Shown: one piece after another, positions 25,941 through 36,100 of the stretch
How the letters are laid out: each line of letters opens with the position of its first letter
Numbering within the stretch: position 1 is the stretch's first letter
NCBI GenBank assembly: GCA_002779355.1
Contig: PEWS01000027.1
Span: forward strand, 1 to 39,667
Origin: Candidatus Nealsonbacteria bacterium CG07_land_8_20_14_0_80_39_13
Lineage (GTDB): Bacteria > Patescibacteriota > Minisyncoccia > Minisyncoccales > GCA-002779355
Length of the DNA: 39,667 nucleotides
Reading direction: 5' to 3'
Notes under the pieces: generated by a model
The model's database searches: none
What the model was told of the DNA's origin: nothing
Seen by the model: the letters and a program-made list of their open reading frames with translations, nothing else
Position numbers and translations under genes: made by a program

Positions 25941-26924
25941 ATGTTAGACATTATTACTTTTGGCTCGGCGGCCATTGATATTTATCTTAAATCAAAAAAA
26001 CTTAATCTCGTTGACAGCAATAAATTCCCGACCGGCACAGGAGTCTGTTTTTCTTTAGGATCCAAAATAGAGATTGATGATATTATTTTCCTCGGCGGAG
26101 GAGGAGGAACGAATACCGCAGAAACTTTTTCCCGGCAAGGGCTGAAGACAGGATATTGCGGAATGGTTGGAAAAGATATGGCCGGAGAAGAAGTCATTAA
26201 AGACTTGGCTGATTCCGGCGTGGAAAGCTTTATCGTCAGAACTGATAAGAGAAAAACTAATCAGTCAGTCATTCTTTCCCAAAACGGCAACGAAAGAAGT
26301 GTTTTGGTTTACAGGGGAGCGTCAGGAGAACTTTCAAGAAAAGACATTCCCTTTAATAAACTGAAAGCGAAGTTTTTTTATTTTGCTCCTTTGTCTGGCA
26401 AGCTTTGCCATGACTTTGAATTTTTGGTTAACTTCGCCCATGAGAGCGGAGCTAAGGTGGTTGTCAATCCCAGTTCTTATCAACTCGCCTTACCCAAAGA
26501 TAAATTTAAAAGAATTATTAAAAAAGTTGACATTTTGATATTAAATCAAGAAGAAGCGTCTCTTCTTACGGGAATACCGTTTGAGAAAGAAGAAGAACTT
26601 TTCAAAAAAATAGATTGTTATTGCCCTGGGATAGCCATAATGACAAAAGGATCGGAAGGGGTGGTTGTTTCTGACGAGAAAAACATTTATCGGGCCAAGT
26701 CTTTAAAAACTAAAGAAGTGAATGCTACCGGCGCCGGCGACGCATTCAGTTCAGGATTTGTTTCCGGTTTCATTGAAACCAATGGAGATATTGAGTATGC
26801 CATCCGGCTGGGAATAGCCAACAGCGTTTCCTGCATAAAGAAAATGGGAGCGAGGAATGGTTTGCTGAAAAGAGGAGATAAGTGGGAAAAGGTAAAAGTT
26901 GAAAAGATAGCTATCAAAAATTAA
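25941..26924 (+). CDS. PfkB-family carbohydrate kinase
   Basis: GGGGGTN near the N-terminus and the NATGAGDAF anion hole near the C-terminus. Confidence 0.8.
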   Translation: MLDIITFGSAAIDIYLKSKKLNLVDSNKFPTGTGVCFSLGSKIEIDDIIFLGGGGGTNTAETFSRQGLKTGYCGMVGKDMAGEEVIKDLADSGVESFIVRTDKRKTNQSVILSQNGNERSVLVYRGASGELSRKDIPFNKLKAKFFYFAPLSGKLCHDFEFLVNFAHESGAKVVVNPSSYQLALPKDKFKRIIKKVDILILNQEEASLLTGIPFEKEEELFKKIDCYCPGIAIMTKGSEGVVVSDEKNIYRAKSLKTKEVNATGAGDAFSSGFVSGFIETNGDIEYAIRLGIANSVSCIKKMGARNGLLKRGDKWEKVKVEKIAIKN

Positions 26925-27763
26925 TGAAAAATCTCAATTATTATCTAAATAAAGCAAGAAAAGAGGGCTGGGCCATCGGCCAGTTTAATTTTTCCAATTT
27001 AGAAACATTGAAAGCCGTCATCGGGGCAGCCAAAAAGAGCAAAAGCCCTGTTATTTTGGGAACGTCAGAAGGGGAGAGTTCCTTTGTCGGATTAAAACAG
27101 GCGGTGGCTTTGGTGAAAAGCTACAGAGAAGAAACAGGCTTGCCTTTGTTCTTGAATCTTGACCACGGCAAATCTTTCAGCTATATTAAGGAAGCGATAG
27201 ATTCCGGTTATGACACTGTTCATTTTGACGGTTCAGGCTTGCCTTTAGCCGAAAATATAAAAGAAACCGTAAAAGTTTTAAAGTACGCTAAAAAATTTAA
27301 AGTTTTCGTTGAGGGAGAAGTGGGCGTGATCGGCCAAGCTTCGGAATCAAAGGAAACCTTGACTGATGTTGCGGAGGCTCTGGAATTCGCAAGAAAGACA
27401 GGCGTTGATAGGTTGGCTGTTTCCATAGGGAGCGTTCATGGGATTGAAAAAGGAGGAATTAATCCCGGATTAAATTTGGAAAGATTGGCGGAAATAAGAA
27501 AAGCCTTGAAAGATATACCCCTTGTTCTTCATGGCGGGTCAGGAACCCCGGAAGAAGATGTCAGGAAAGCCATAAGGATAGGGATGGCTAAGGTTAATAT
27601 AAACACAGAATTAAGAATGGCTTACACGGAGAATTTGAGAGCCTCTCTTGATGAAAAAAAAGATGAAAACACGCCTTATAAATATATGTCCAAGGCGATA
27701 GAAGCGGTTCAAAGAATAGTTGAGGGGAAAATCAAATTATTCAGCTCTGATAACAAAATTTAA
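26924..27763 (+). CDS. fba: Class II fructose/tagatose-bisphosphate aldolase
   Basis: NLDHG, HFDGS, GSVHG, LVLHGGSG. Confidence 0.88.
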   Translation: MKNLNYYLNKARKEGWAIGQFNFSNLETLKAVIGAAKKSKSPVILGTSEGESSFVGLKQAVALVKSYREETGLPLFLNLDHGKSFSYIKEAIDSGYDTVHFDGSGLPLAENIKETVKVLKYAKKFKVFVEGEVGVIGQASESKETLTDVAEALEFARKTGVDRLAVSIGSVHGIEKGGINPGLNLERLAEIRKALKDIPLVLHGGSGTPEEDVRKAIRIGMAKVNINTELRMAYTENLRASLDEKKDENTPYKYMSKAIEAVQRIVEGKIKLFSSDNKI

Positions 27764-27775
27764 AAAAGAAAAAAT

Positions 27776-28483
27776 ATGTTAAAAATTTCAGCTCAAATAA
27801 GAGATAAAGGAGATAAAGACTTGTCCGCGCTTAAAAAAGAAGGGTTTCTCCCTGGCGTTTTGTACGGTCCAAAAATAGGAAATAAAAATATTAAAATCGG
27901 AGTTAAGGAATTCGCCACGGTCTATAAAGGCGCCGGCGAAAGTTCCCTTATTTCCCTGATTGTTCCTGATCAGGGTGGCAAAGAGGAGAAATTTTCAGTT
28001 TTGATACATCAGGTTGATTTTCATCCGTTGAACGGAGAAATAATTCACGCTGATTTTTACCAACCGAATTTAACAGAGAAAGTAACGACCAAGGTTCCTT
28101 TAGTTTTTGAAGGAATTTCTTTAGCGGTTAAAGATCTGGCCGGAACTTTAATAAAAAATATTCAGGAAATTGAAGTAAGGGCTCTGCCCCAAGACCTTCC
28201 TCATGAGCTCGTTGTGAACATTGAGCCTCTTAAAACTTTTAATGATGAAATTCTGGTTAAAAACCTTATTATTCCCGCCAATGTGGAGGTTTTGAAGAGC
28301 CCTGAAGAAAATGTAGCTTTGGTTCTGCCTCCTGAAGATATAGAAGCGGAATTGAAAGCTCCTATTGAAGAAAAAGTGGAAGATGTTGAGAAGGTAGAGA
28401 AGAAGAAGGAGGAAGAAGTGGCAGAGGTGGAGGAAAAGAAAGAAAAGGAAGAGAAAGGAGGAGAGAAGAAAGAACATAAATAA
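27776..28483 (+). CDS. rplY: Ribosomal protein L25 (Ctc form) with an acidic/Lys-rich tail
   Basis: GFLPGVLYG, HQVDFHPL, and the two-domain Ctc layout. Confidence 0.88.
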   Translation: MLKISAQIRDKGDKDLSALKKEGFLPGVLYGPKIGNKNIKIGVKEFATVYKGAGESSLISLIVPDQGGKEEKFSVLIHQVDFHPLNGEIIHADFYQPNLTEKVTTKVPLVFEGISLAVKDLAGTLIKNIQEIEVRALPQDLPHELVVNIEPLKTFNDEILVKNLIIPANVEVLKSPEENVALVLPPEDIEAELKAPIEEKVEDVEKVEKKKEEEVAEVEEKKEKEEKGGEKKEHK

Positions 28484-28613
28484 GAAACTCAAATTACAAA
28501 TTTCAAATTACAAATTCCAAATCAATAATTAAAGTCCAAAATCTAAAACATTTTTGATATTTGGGTTTTGAATTTGATTTGACATTTGAGCTTTGATATT
28601 TGGCATTATATTT

Positions 28614-30014
28614 ATGTCTATCTTTGCTCTACAAAAAATAAAACCATCTATATTGATTTCATCAATGATATTGATAGCGGTTTTTATTTTGCCGATTTTT
28701 TTCGCTTTTCCTTTTGTCGGCAAGATTCCTTTTGCGTCAGCTGAAGGAGAGCAGGAGGCAGCGACTGTTGAAAGAACTGCTTTGGAAAAAGAATTGGCGG
28801 AATTGGAAATCCAGATAGATAAATATGAGAAAGACATCAGCAAGACCGCCGAAGAAAAAAAGACTCTTCAAAATCAGATATCCATTTTAAAAAATAAAAT
28901 CAGCAAATTGGATCTTCAAATAAAGCAGAGTAATCTTGTTATAAAAGACCTCACCGGCCAAATAAAAGACACAGAGTCGTCCATCTCGGAAACGATGGTT
29001 AAGGTCGCTGACGTTCAGAGGCAATTAGGAGATATTCTTCAGGTTATGTATGAAAATGACAGAAAGTCTTTGATTGAGATATTACTTTCCGAGAAAGAGA
29101 TGTCTGATTTTTTTGACGATATAATGGCTTTAGAGGTTTTGAATTCCAAAAATCAGGATATGCTGGAAGAAATAAAGAAACTGAAAGCGTATCTGGAAAG
29201 CCAAAAAACTTCTTTGGACGGAGAAAAGACGGAATTAGAAACAACGGTTAAAATTCGAACGCTCCAAAAGGAAGAAAGTTTAAAAAACCAAAAGGGGAAA
29301 GATAAATATTTAAAATTAACCGAAGCGCAGTATCAAAAATCTCTTAGTGAAAAAAAAGAAATAGAAAAGAAAGTGGCTGGAATCAGGTCAAGGATTTTTG
29401 AATTAATCGGTGTTCCGGATGCTCCCACCTTCGGCGAGGCGCTGGAAATGGCAAAAACAGTTTCCGCTTCAACCGGAATCAGGCCAGCCTTTCTTTTGGC
29501 TGTTCTTACCCAAGAGTCAAATATCGGCAAGAACGTAGGACAATGTTTTCTGAAAGACGCTAAAACAGGAGCCGGGGTTGTTGCCAGTAGCAACAAGAGC
29601 ATCTCCAATGTTATGAGTCCGAAAAGAGATACGGCTCCATTTATAGAAATTACAAAAGAATTAGGCAGGGATCCTTTTAATACTTTGGTTTCTTGCCCTA
29701 TGAGCTATGGTTATGGGGGGGCTATGGGTCCGGCTCAATTTATTCCTTCCACTTGGCAATCTTATAAAGATAGAATAAAGGCCGCCACAGGAAAAGCGGC
29801 TGATCCTTGGAACATCCGGGACGCTTTTTTTGCCGCCGGTTTTTATTTAAGCGATTATGGGGCGAAAAAGCAGACAGCGGATGCGGAATGGAAAGCGGCG
29901 ATGATTTATTTTTCCGGAGGCACTAACGTGAAATACCGTTTTTATGGCGATTCAGTTGTTTCAATTACTAAGCAGTATTTGTCCGACATCGCCGACCTCG
30001 ACACCGTTAAATAA
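28614..30014 (+). CDS. Membrane-anchored coiled-coil protein with a C-terminal MltB-like lytic transglycosylase domain
   Basis: TM segment, a long heptad-rich region, then LTQESNIG and GAMGPAQFIPSTW. The track start 28593 is TTG; the ATG at 28614 is preferred. Confidence 0.75.
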   Translation: MSIFALQKIKPSILISSMILIAVFILPIFFAFPFVGKIPFASAEGEQEAATVERTALEKELAELEIQIDKYEKDISKTAEEKKTLQNQISILKNKISKLDLQIKQSNLVIKDLTGQIKDTESSISETMVKVADVQRQLGDILQVMYENDRKSLIEILLSEKEMSDFFDDIMALEVLNSKNQDMLEEIKKLKAYLESQKTSLDGEKTELETTVKIRTLQKEESLKNQKGKDKYLKLTEAQYQKSLSEKKEIEKKVAGIRSRIFELIGVPDAPTFGEALEMAKTVSASTGIRPAFLLAVLTQESNIGKNVGQCFLKDAKTGAGVVASSNKSISNVMSPKRDTAPFIEITKELGRDPFNTLVSCPMSYGYGGAMGPAQFIPSTWQSYKDRIKAATGKAADPWNIRDAFFAAGFYLSDYGAKKQTADAEWKAAMIYFSGGTNVKYRFYGDSVVSITKQYLSDIADLDTVK

Positions 30015-30015
30015 A

Positions 30016-31140
30016 TTATTCTTCCTGCTCTTCGGCTGATTCCATGGCTTCTATAATGGGGTCAAGTCTTCCTTCCATTATCTCTTCAATGCCGTGGAAA
30101 GATTTTTTAATTCGGTGGTCGGTTACTCTGTCTTGAGGAAAATTGTAGGTTCTGTTTTTCTCCGCTCTTTTGGCCCTTCCTATTTGTCCTTTTCTGTCCC
30201 CGCCTAATTTTTGAGCCTCTTCCTCCTCTCTTATTTCAAGGAGGCGAGCTGATAGAACGCTCAAGGCGTTTTCTTTATTTTGGAGCTGGTTTCTTTCGGT
30301 CTGGGATTCAACGACCAATCCTGTCGGGATATGGACTATTCTTACAGCCGTCTCTCTTTTATTGACGTTTTGCCCGCCCGGTCCTGACGAACGGCAATAT
30401 TCAATTTTTAATTCATCAGGTTTAATTTCCAATTGAGTATTTTTCGGTTTCGGAAGAATGGCCACTGAAACGGTGGAAGTGTGTATTCTTCCGCTTTTTT
30501 CCGTTTCGGGAATTCTCTGGACTCTATGGACCCCGGACTCGTTTTTCATTTTAGAGAAAATATCGCCGTTCCCGTCCGCATCGCTATGCGAAGCGTTGCG
30601 GGTGGATTCCAGCTGAAATACGATTTCTTTAAATCCGCCAGTTTCAGTAGGGCTGGAATTAAGGATTTTTTGCCTCCAACCTTGCTGTTCCGCGAACCTT
30701 GAATACATCTTGAATAAATCTCCGACGAATAAAGCTGCTTCGTCTCCCCCTGCGCCGGCCCTGATTTCAACGATTATGTCTTGCGGTTCAGAGCTTTCTT
30801 TCTGGCCTTTGATTAATTTTTTTAATTCTTTTTCCAAGACCTCCTTTCTTTCCCTGAATTGAGTAATCTCAATTTCAGCCAAGGAGGATAATTCGGGGCC
30901 TTCTTTCCCATTCAGGATCGCCCTGTTTTCTTCAATTCTGTCGTCAATTTCTTTTATTTCTTTTTCTTTCTCAATTATTTTTTCAAGATAGCTTTTCCTT
31001 TTAGATAGTTCTTCAAATTTTTTCCAGCCCGCATCGCTACGCGAAGCGTTGCTGGCGGGCCAATCAGAAATCAGCTCAGGGTTGCTGAGCTGATTTAAAA
31101 TTTCTTTATATTCCCGCTGAATATCGCTTAGGTTATCCAT
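30016..31140 (-). CDS. prfA: Peptide chain release factor 1
   Basis: P-E-T tripeptide (RIPETEKSGRIHTS), GGQ (SGPGGQNVNK), and DHR near the C-terminus. Confidence 0.93.
   Translation of the reverse strand: MDNLSDIQREYKEILNQLSNPELISDWPASNASRSDAGWKKFEELSKRKSYLEKIIEKEKEIKEIDDRIEENRAILNGKEGPELSSLAEIEITQFRERKEVLEKELKKLIKGQKESSEPQDIIVEIRAGAGGDEAALFVGDLFKMYSRFAEQQGWRQKILNSSPTETGGFKEIVFQLESTRNASHSDADGNGDIFSKMKNESGVHRVQRIPETEKSGRIHTSTVSVAILPKPKNTQLEIKPDELKIEYCRSSGPGGQNVNKRETAVRIVHIPTGLVVESQTERNQLQNKENALSVLSARLLEIREEEEAQKLGGDRKGQIGRAKRAEKNRTYNFPQDRVTDHRIKKSFHGIEEIMEGRLDPIIEAMESAEEQEE
30571..30605 (-). repeat. GC-rich palindromic element, in-frame copy inside prfA
   Basis: On the coding strand: CCACCCGCAACGCTTCGCATAGCGATGCGGACGGG. 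It encodes TRNASHSDADG. Confidence 0.8.
31024..31062 (-). repeat. GC-rich palindromic element, in-frame copy near the prfA N-terminus
   Basis: On the coding strand: TGGCCCGCCAGCAACGCTTCGCGTAGCGATGCGGGCTGG. It encodes WPASNASRSDAGW. Confidence 0.8.
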
Positions 31141-31155
31141 TTCCTGATTGAGCGA

Positions 31156-31425
31156 TTAATCCTTCTTTGATGTCTTTTCGGCTGTCCGTTTTCTTCTTTT
31201 TTCTTTCTTACTTTTGGCATCAGTCTTATGAGACATTCTCTTTCTGAATTTTTCCACCTTAGCCATAGCGTCGGTATCTTTTTCTTTTCCGGTATAAAAA
31301 GGATGGCATTGAGAGCAGATTTCAGTCTCAATGTATTCCTTAGTTGAACCGACGGTAAAAGTATGTCCGCAGGCGCATTTGACCTTGGTCTCGGGATAAT
31401 ATTTTGGATGAATATCTTCTTTCAT
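31156..31425 (-). CDS. rpmE: Ribosomal protein L31 with a Lys-rich C-terminal extension
   Basis: MKEDIHPKYY, CACGH...CSQCHPFYTGK zinc-ribbon type. Confidence 0.92.
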   Translation of the reverse strand: MKEDIHPKYYPETKVKCACGHTFTVGSTKEYIETEICSQCHPFYTGKEKDTDAMAKVEKFRKRMSHKTDAKSKKEKRRKRTAEKTSKKD

Positions 31426-31432
31426 ATTGAGT

Positions 31433-31461
31433 ATAATAACAAATCCCTAAATTAAAAGCAA
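31433..31461 (-). promoter_or_regulatory. Promoter TTGCTT-17-TATTAT, 7 nt before the rpmE ATG (leaderless layout)
   Basis: Minus-strand reading: -35 at 31456-31461, -10 at 31433-31438, start codon at 31423-31425. Confidence 0.55.
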
Positions 31462-31537
31462 TACTTGCGTTAAAACATGATATGTGATAAATATTGAAGT
31501 ATGATTTGTTAAGATTTTTAATTATAATTTTTAAAAA

Positions 31538-32302
31538 ATGACCGAAGATAAAAAGAAGAATAAAATAAAAACAGCAGACGAAGCAAAGGAAGGACTTGAC
31601 TTTGAAGAATTAGTTAAGGCCGGTTTGTATTTTGGCCACAAAACTTCAAGCACTCATCCTAAGATGAAGCAATACATTGAATCGTCAAGGAATAGAATTC
31701 ATATTATTGATTTGGCGAAAACAGCGGAAAAATTAAAAGAAGTTCTTGATTTTATCGGCGATCTGGTTTCTCAAGGGAAAGAAATTCTTTTTGTCGGCAC
31801 CAAGATTCAGGTAAAAGATAAAATAAAAGAGGTGGCTGAAGAATGCCATCTTCCTTACGTCAATCAAAGATGGCTCGGAGGAACATTCACTAATTTCGAA
31901 ACAATCAAAAAGAGATTGGAATATTTCAGGAGTTTGGAAATGCAGAAGGCTTCAGGCGAGCTCCAAAAATACGTAAAGAAAGAAAGACTTAAGATTGACA
32001 GAGAAATAGAGGGGCTGAGGAAGAAATTCGGAGGCATTAAAAATTTGGAAAAACTTCCGACAGCTGTATTCGTTACAGATATGAAAGAAAACATCCTGGT
32101 TGTAAAGGAGGCCAGAGAGAAGGGGATAATAGTGATTGCTATCGCTGACACTAATGTTAACCCGGCGTTGGCGGATCATTTCATTCCCGCTAACGACGAC
32201 GCTATTTCTTCGTTAAATTATATTCTGGACAGAGTGAAGAAAGCAATTTTAGAAGCCAAACCCCAGCCAAAGGCCAGTCAGCCTCTGGCTGACAAAAAAT
32301 AA
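31538..32302 (+). CDS. rpsB: Ribosomal protein S2
   Basis: GLYFGHKTS..HPKM, ILFVGTK, VFVTD, AIADTN. Confidence 0.95.
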   Translation: MTEDKKKNKIKTADEAKEGLDFEELVKAGLYFGHKTSSTHPKMKQYIESSRNRIHIIDLAKTAEKLKEVLDFIGDLVSQGKEILFVGTKIQVKDKIKEVAEECHLPYVNQRWLGGTFTNFETIKKRLEYFRSLEMQKASGELQKYVKKERLKIDREIEGLRKKFGGIKNLEKLPTAVFVTDMKENILVVKEAREKGIIVIAIADTNVNPALADHFIPANDDAISSLNYILDRVKKAILEAKPQPKASQPLADKK

Positions 32303-32304
32303 TT

Positions 32305-32892
32305 ATGGCAAGTATTGAGGAAATAAAAAAACTCCGCGAAGAAACAGGAATTTCTTTGATGGAATGCCGGAAGGCTCTTGAAAAATCAGGCGATGATATT
32401 GAGAAGGCAAGGGATATTTTGAGAACATGGGGTAAGGAAGTCGCCAAGAAAAAAGGGGCGGAAAGAACAGCCGGCCAAGGTTTAATTGAGAGCTACATTC
32501 ACCCTAATAAAAAAATAGGGGTTTTATTGAGCATTCGCTGCGAATCAGATTTTGTGGCCATGTCTGATAACTTCAAGAATTTAAGCCATGAAATATGTCT
32601 TCAGGTGGCGGCTTCAAATCCGATGTTCGTCAGAAGAGAAGATATCTCTGCTGAAGTATTGGAGAAAGAAAAGGAAATTTACAAAGAACAAATGAAGGAC
32701 TCCGGCAAGTCCCAACAGATTCTTGAGCAAATCACAGAAGGCAAGCTAAGAAAATACGAGGAGCAAAATTGCCTGCTTCTTCAGCCGTGGATAAAGGAGC
32801 CGGACAAGAAAGTTGAAGATTTGGTCAATGAGTATATTTCTAAAATCGGCGAAAAAATCGTCATTGAAAAATTTACAAGATATGAGTTATGA
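32305..32892 (+). CDS. tsf: Elongation factor Ts (short form)
   Basis: IKKLREETGISLMECRKALE UBA-like N-terminus and SYIHPNKKIGVLL. It directly follows rpsB. Confidence 0.92.
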   Translation: MASIEEIKKLREETGISLMECRKALEKSGDDIEKARDILRTWGKEVAKKKGAERTAGQGLIESYIHPNKKIGVLLSIRCESDFVAMSDNFKNLSHEICLQVAASNPMFVRREDISAEVLEKEKEIYKEQMKDSGKSQQILEQITEGKLRKYEEQNCLLLQPWIKEPDKKVEDLVNEYISKIGEKIVIEKFTRYEL

Positions 32893-33223
32893 AACAATAA
32901 TCGCTTTAATTGCGATGGGGGCCGGTTTTCTCGGGGCGAGCATTATTTTTTTTAAGAAAATTCCGGCACTCGCGAGTTTGCCGGAGGTAGCAGAGGCAGG
33001 CTCGGCTAAAAGCCATTGGTCAGAATCAATTATCGCTTCGGGAAAAAAGCATCAGGAAAAAATAATCAAAACAGCCGTATCCGGGATGAAATCAGTGAGG
33101 TCAATGAAATCAATAACAGAGGTTAAGGCTTCGGAGTGGATTAAAAATTTGCAGAAAAGAACAAAGAAGGAGAAGAAGAAAGATAATTATTGGGATGAGA
33201 TCAGAAAATCCTTCAAGAAATAA
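32882..33223 (+). CDS. Small membrane protein (hypothetical)
   Basis: MSYETIIALIAMGAGFLGASIIFF TM segment and a basic tail. The ATG at 32882 is preferred over the track start 32813, which overlaps tsf by 80 nt. Confidence 0.45.
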   Translation: MSYETIIALIAMGAGFLGASIIFFKKIPALASLPEVAEAGSAKSHWSESIIASGKKHQEKIIKTAVSGMKSVRSMKSITEVKASEWIKNLQKRTKKEKKKDNYWDEIRKSFKK

Positions 33224-33228
33224 TTTCC

Positions 33229-33301
33229 GCCAGAATAGCTCAGCGGTAGAGCAACTGTTTTGTAAACAGTAGGTCGGCGGGTCCGAATCCCCCTTCTGGC
33301 T
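33229..33301 (+). tRNA. tRNA-Thr (anticodon UGU)
   Basis: Acceptor GCCAGAA/TTCTGGC, D arm GCTC-AGCGGTA-GAGC, anticodon arm ACTGT-TTTGTAA-ACAGT. The T arm GCGGG-TCCGAAT-CCCCC has one C-C mismatch, and the variable loop is 6 nt. Confidence 0.75.
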
Positions 33302-33308
33302 CAGGGTG

Positions 33309-33337
33309 TTGACATGTAATTTTGGAAAAGCTAATAT
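33309..33337 (+). promoter_or_regulatory. rRNA promoter TTGACA-17-TAATAT
   Basis: -35 at 33309-33314 and -10 at 33332-33337, about 135 nt upstream of the 16S 5' end. Confidence 0.7.
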
Positions 33338-33470
33338 GGATGAACGGAGAAATGAAAAAAATAAAAGAAGAAATGGAAAGGACGTTGAAAATTAAATACA
33401 GTAATAGTTCTAAGTCAGTTTTTTTGAGTTGTTCCGAATATTTTTGGAATTTCTCAAAAGATTCCAAGTT

Positions 33471-34962
<1,492 letters not shown>

Positions 34963-35076
34963 AATTGTTTGTCGACCGTGGTTGAGAAATGAGAATTCTT
35001 TTCTCAACTTTGCGGGGTTGGTCGAATTCCTGAAAAAATCGACCTTCGGAACAACTCAAAGATACTGAAGAACTAC

Positions 35077-35102
35077 AAAAAACAAGGCAGGCCTTGTTTT
35101 TT
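35077..35102 (+). terminator. Intrinsic terminator after the 16S trailer
   Basis: AAAAAACAAGGC-AG-GCCTTGTTTTTT. Confidence 0.8.
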
Positions 35103-35148
35103 GGGTTTAATTTGCTAAAATTAAAATCACTTTTCATAATCAACCCAA

Positions 35149-35742
35149 ATGATTTTTTATAAAATTTTTTCTTATATATACAAAAGAGCGGCTCGGAGCA
35201 TGTGCCTGGACTGCAAGGATTTTATAAAGAATGGGGCGAAAATTCTTGATTTAGGTTGCGGTTCGGGAATAGCCGGAGATTATTTTAAAAAATTTTTTAA
35301 GGCCGAGGTTTTTGGGGTGGATGTAAAAAATAATAGGGTGGTTGATCTTCCCTTTAAAAAAATAGACGGGAAAAATCTTCCCTTTGATGATAATTCGTTT
35401 GACGCAGTTCTGATATGCTATGTTCTTCACCACGCCGAAGACCCCATCGCCGTTTTAAAAGAAGCGAGGAGGGTGGGGAAGGAAAGGATTGTTATTTACG
35501 AAGATATGGCTGACGGATTTTTTTCAAAATTATTCTGCCGTTTCCATGGATTAAGCTTTGATATTTTCTTTCAGGGATTTGTCGGCAAAAAGCGGGAAAA
35601 TCCGGAATATTTTTTTAAGGGGGAGAAAGAATGGCAGGGGATTTTTAAGGGATTGGGGCTGAAAGTTGTTTTTGAGAAAAGGATTTCGTTGCCGATTTCC
35701 CCGGTCGCCAAAAGAATTTTTATTTTAGATATCGTAAAATAA
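35149..35742 (+). CDS. Class I SAM-dependent methyltransferase
   Basis: Motif I ILDLGCGSGIAG and the post-I acidic residue; FDAVLICYVLHH. Confidence 0.8.
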   Translation: MIFYKIFSYIYKRAARSMCLDCKDFIKNGAKILDLGCGSGIAGDYFKKFFKAEVFGVDVKNNRVVDLPFKKIDGKNLPFDDNSFDAVLICYVLHHAEDPIAVLKEARRVGKERIVIYEDMADGFFSKLFCRFHGLSFDIFFQGFVGKKRENPEYFFKGEKEWQGIFKGLGLKVVFEKRISLPISPVAKRIFILDIVK

Positions 35743-35767
35743 TATGCGTTTGAAAATATAATAATAT

Positions 35768-35831
35768 GCGTGTGTAGCTTCGGCCTCGTCCAGAGGACGA
35801 TCAGCCTTTGGCTGAGGTTAGAGCGCGTCAC
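35768..35831 (+). pseudogene. Decayed duplicate of the 5' half of tRNA-Ile (nt 1-32), with 37 nt replacing 6 nt of the D loop
   Basis: GCGTGTGTAGCT + 37 nt + GTTAGAGCGCGTCAC, compared with the intact GCGCGTGTAGCT-CAGTTG-GTTAGAGCGCGTCAC at 36091-36123. Confidence 0.7.
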
Positions 35832-35839
35832 CTTTGGAT

Positions 35840-36100
35840 ATGTTCTGTGTGTATTTTTTGAAAAGCATTAAAAATGGTAAGATTTACGTAGGATTTACTT
35901 CTAAAAATATTGAGGTAAGGGTTGAAGAACATAATAGCGGTTCAAACGTTTTTACGAAAAACAATAAGCCATGGGTTTTGGTATATTATGAGATATTTAG
36001 TTGTGAAAAATGCGCTAGAGCGAGAGAGAAGTTTTTTAAATCGGGTATGGGTAAAAGATTAAAAAAGATAATTGTAGATAATTTTAATATGCGCGTGTAG
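35840..36100 (+). CDS. Small GIY-YIG nuclease family protein
   Basis: VYFLKS..GKIYVGFTSKNIEVRVEEHNSG is the GIY-YIG motif. The stop codon TAG lies inside the tRNA-Ile gene. The track start 35834 is TTG. Confidence 0.8.
   Translation: MFCVYFLKSIKNGKIYVGFTSKNIEVRVEEHNSGSNVFTKNNKPWVLVYYEIFSCEKCARAREKFFKSGMGKRLKKIIVDNFNMRV

Noticed and set aside
32813-32881. The track start at 32813 for the small membrane protein.
   Set aside because: It would overlap tsf by 80 nt in another frame. The internal ATG at 32882 gives a sensible TM-first protein.
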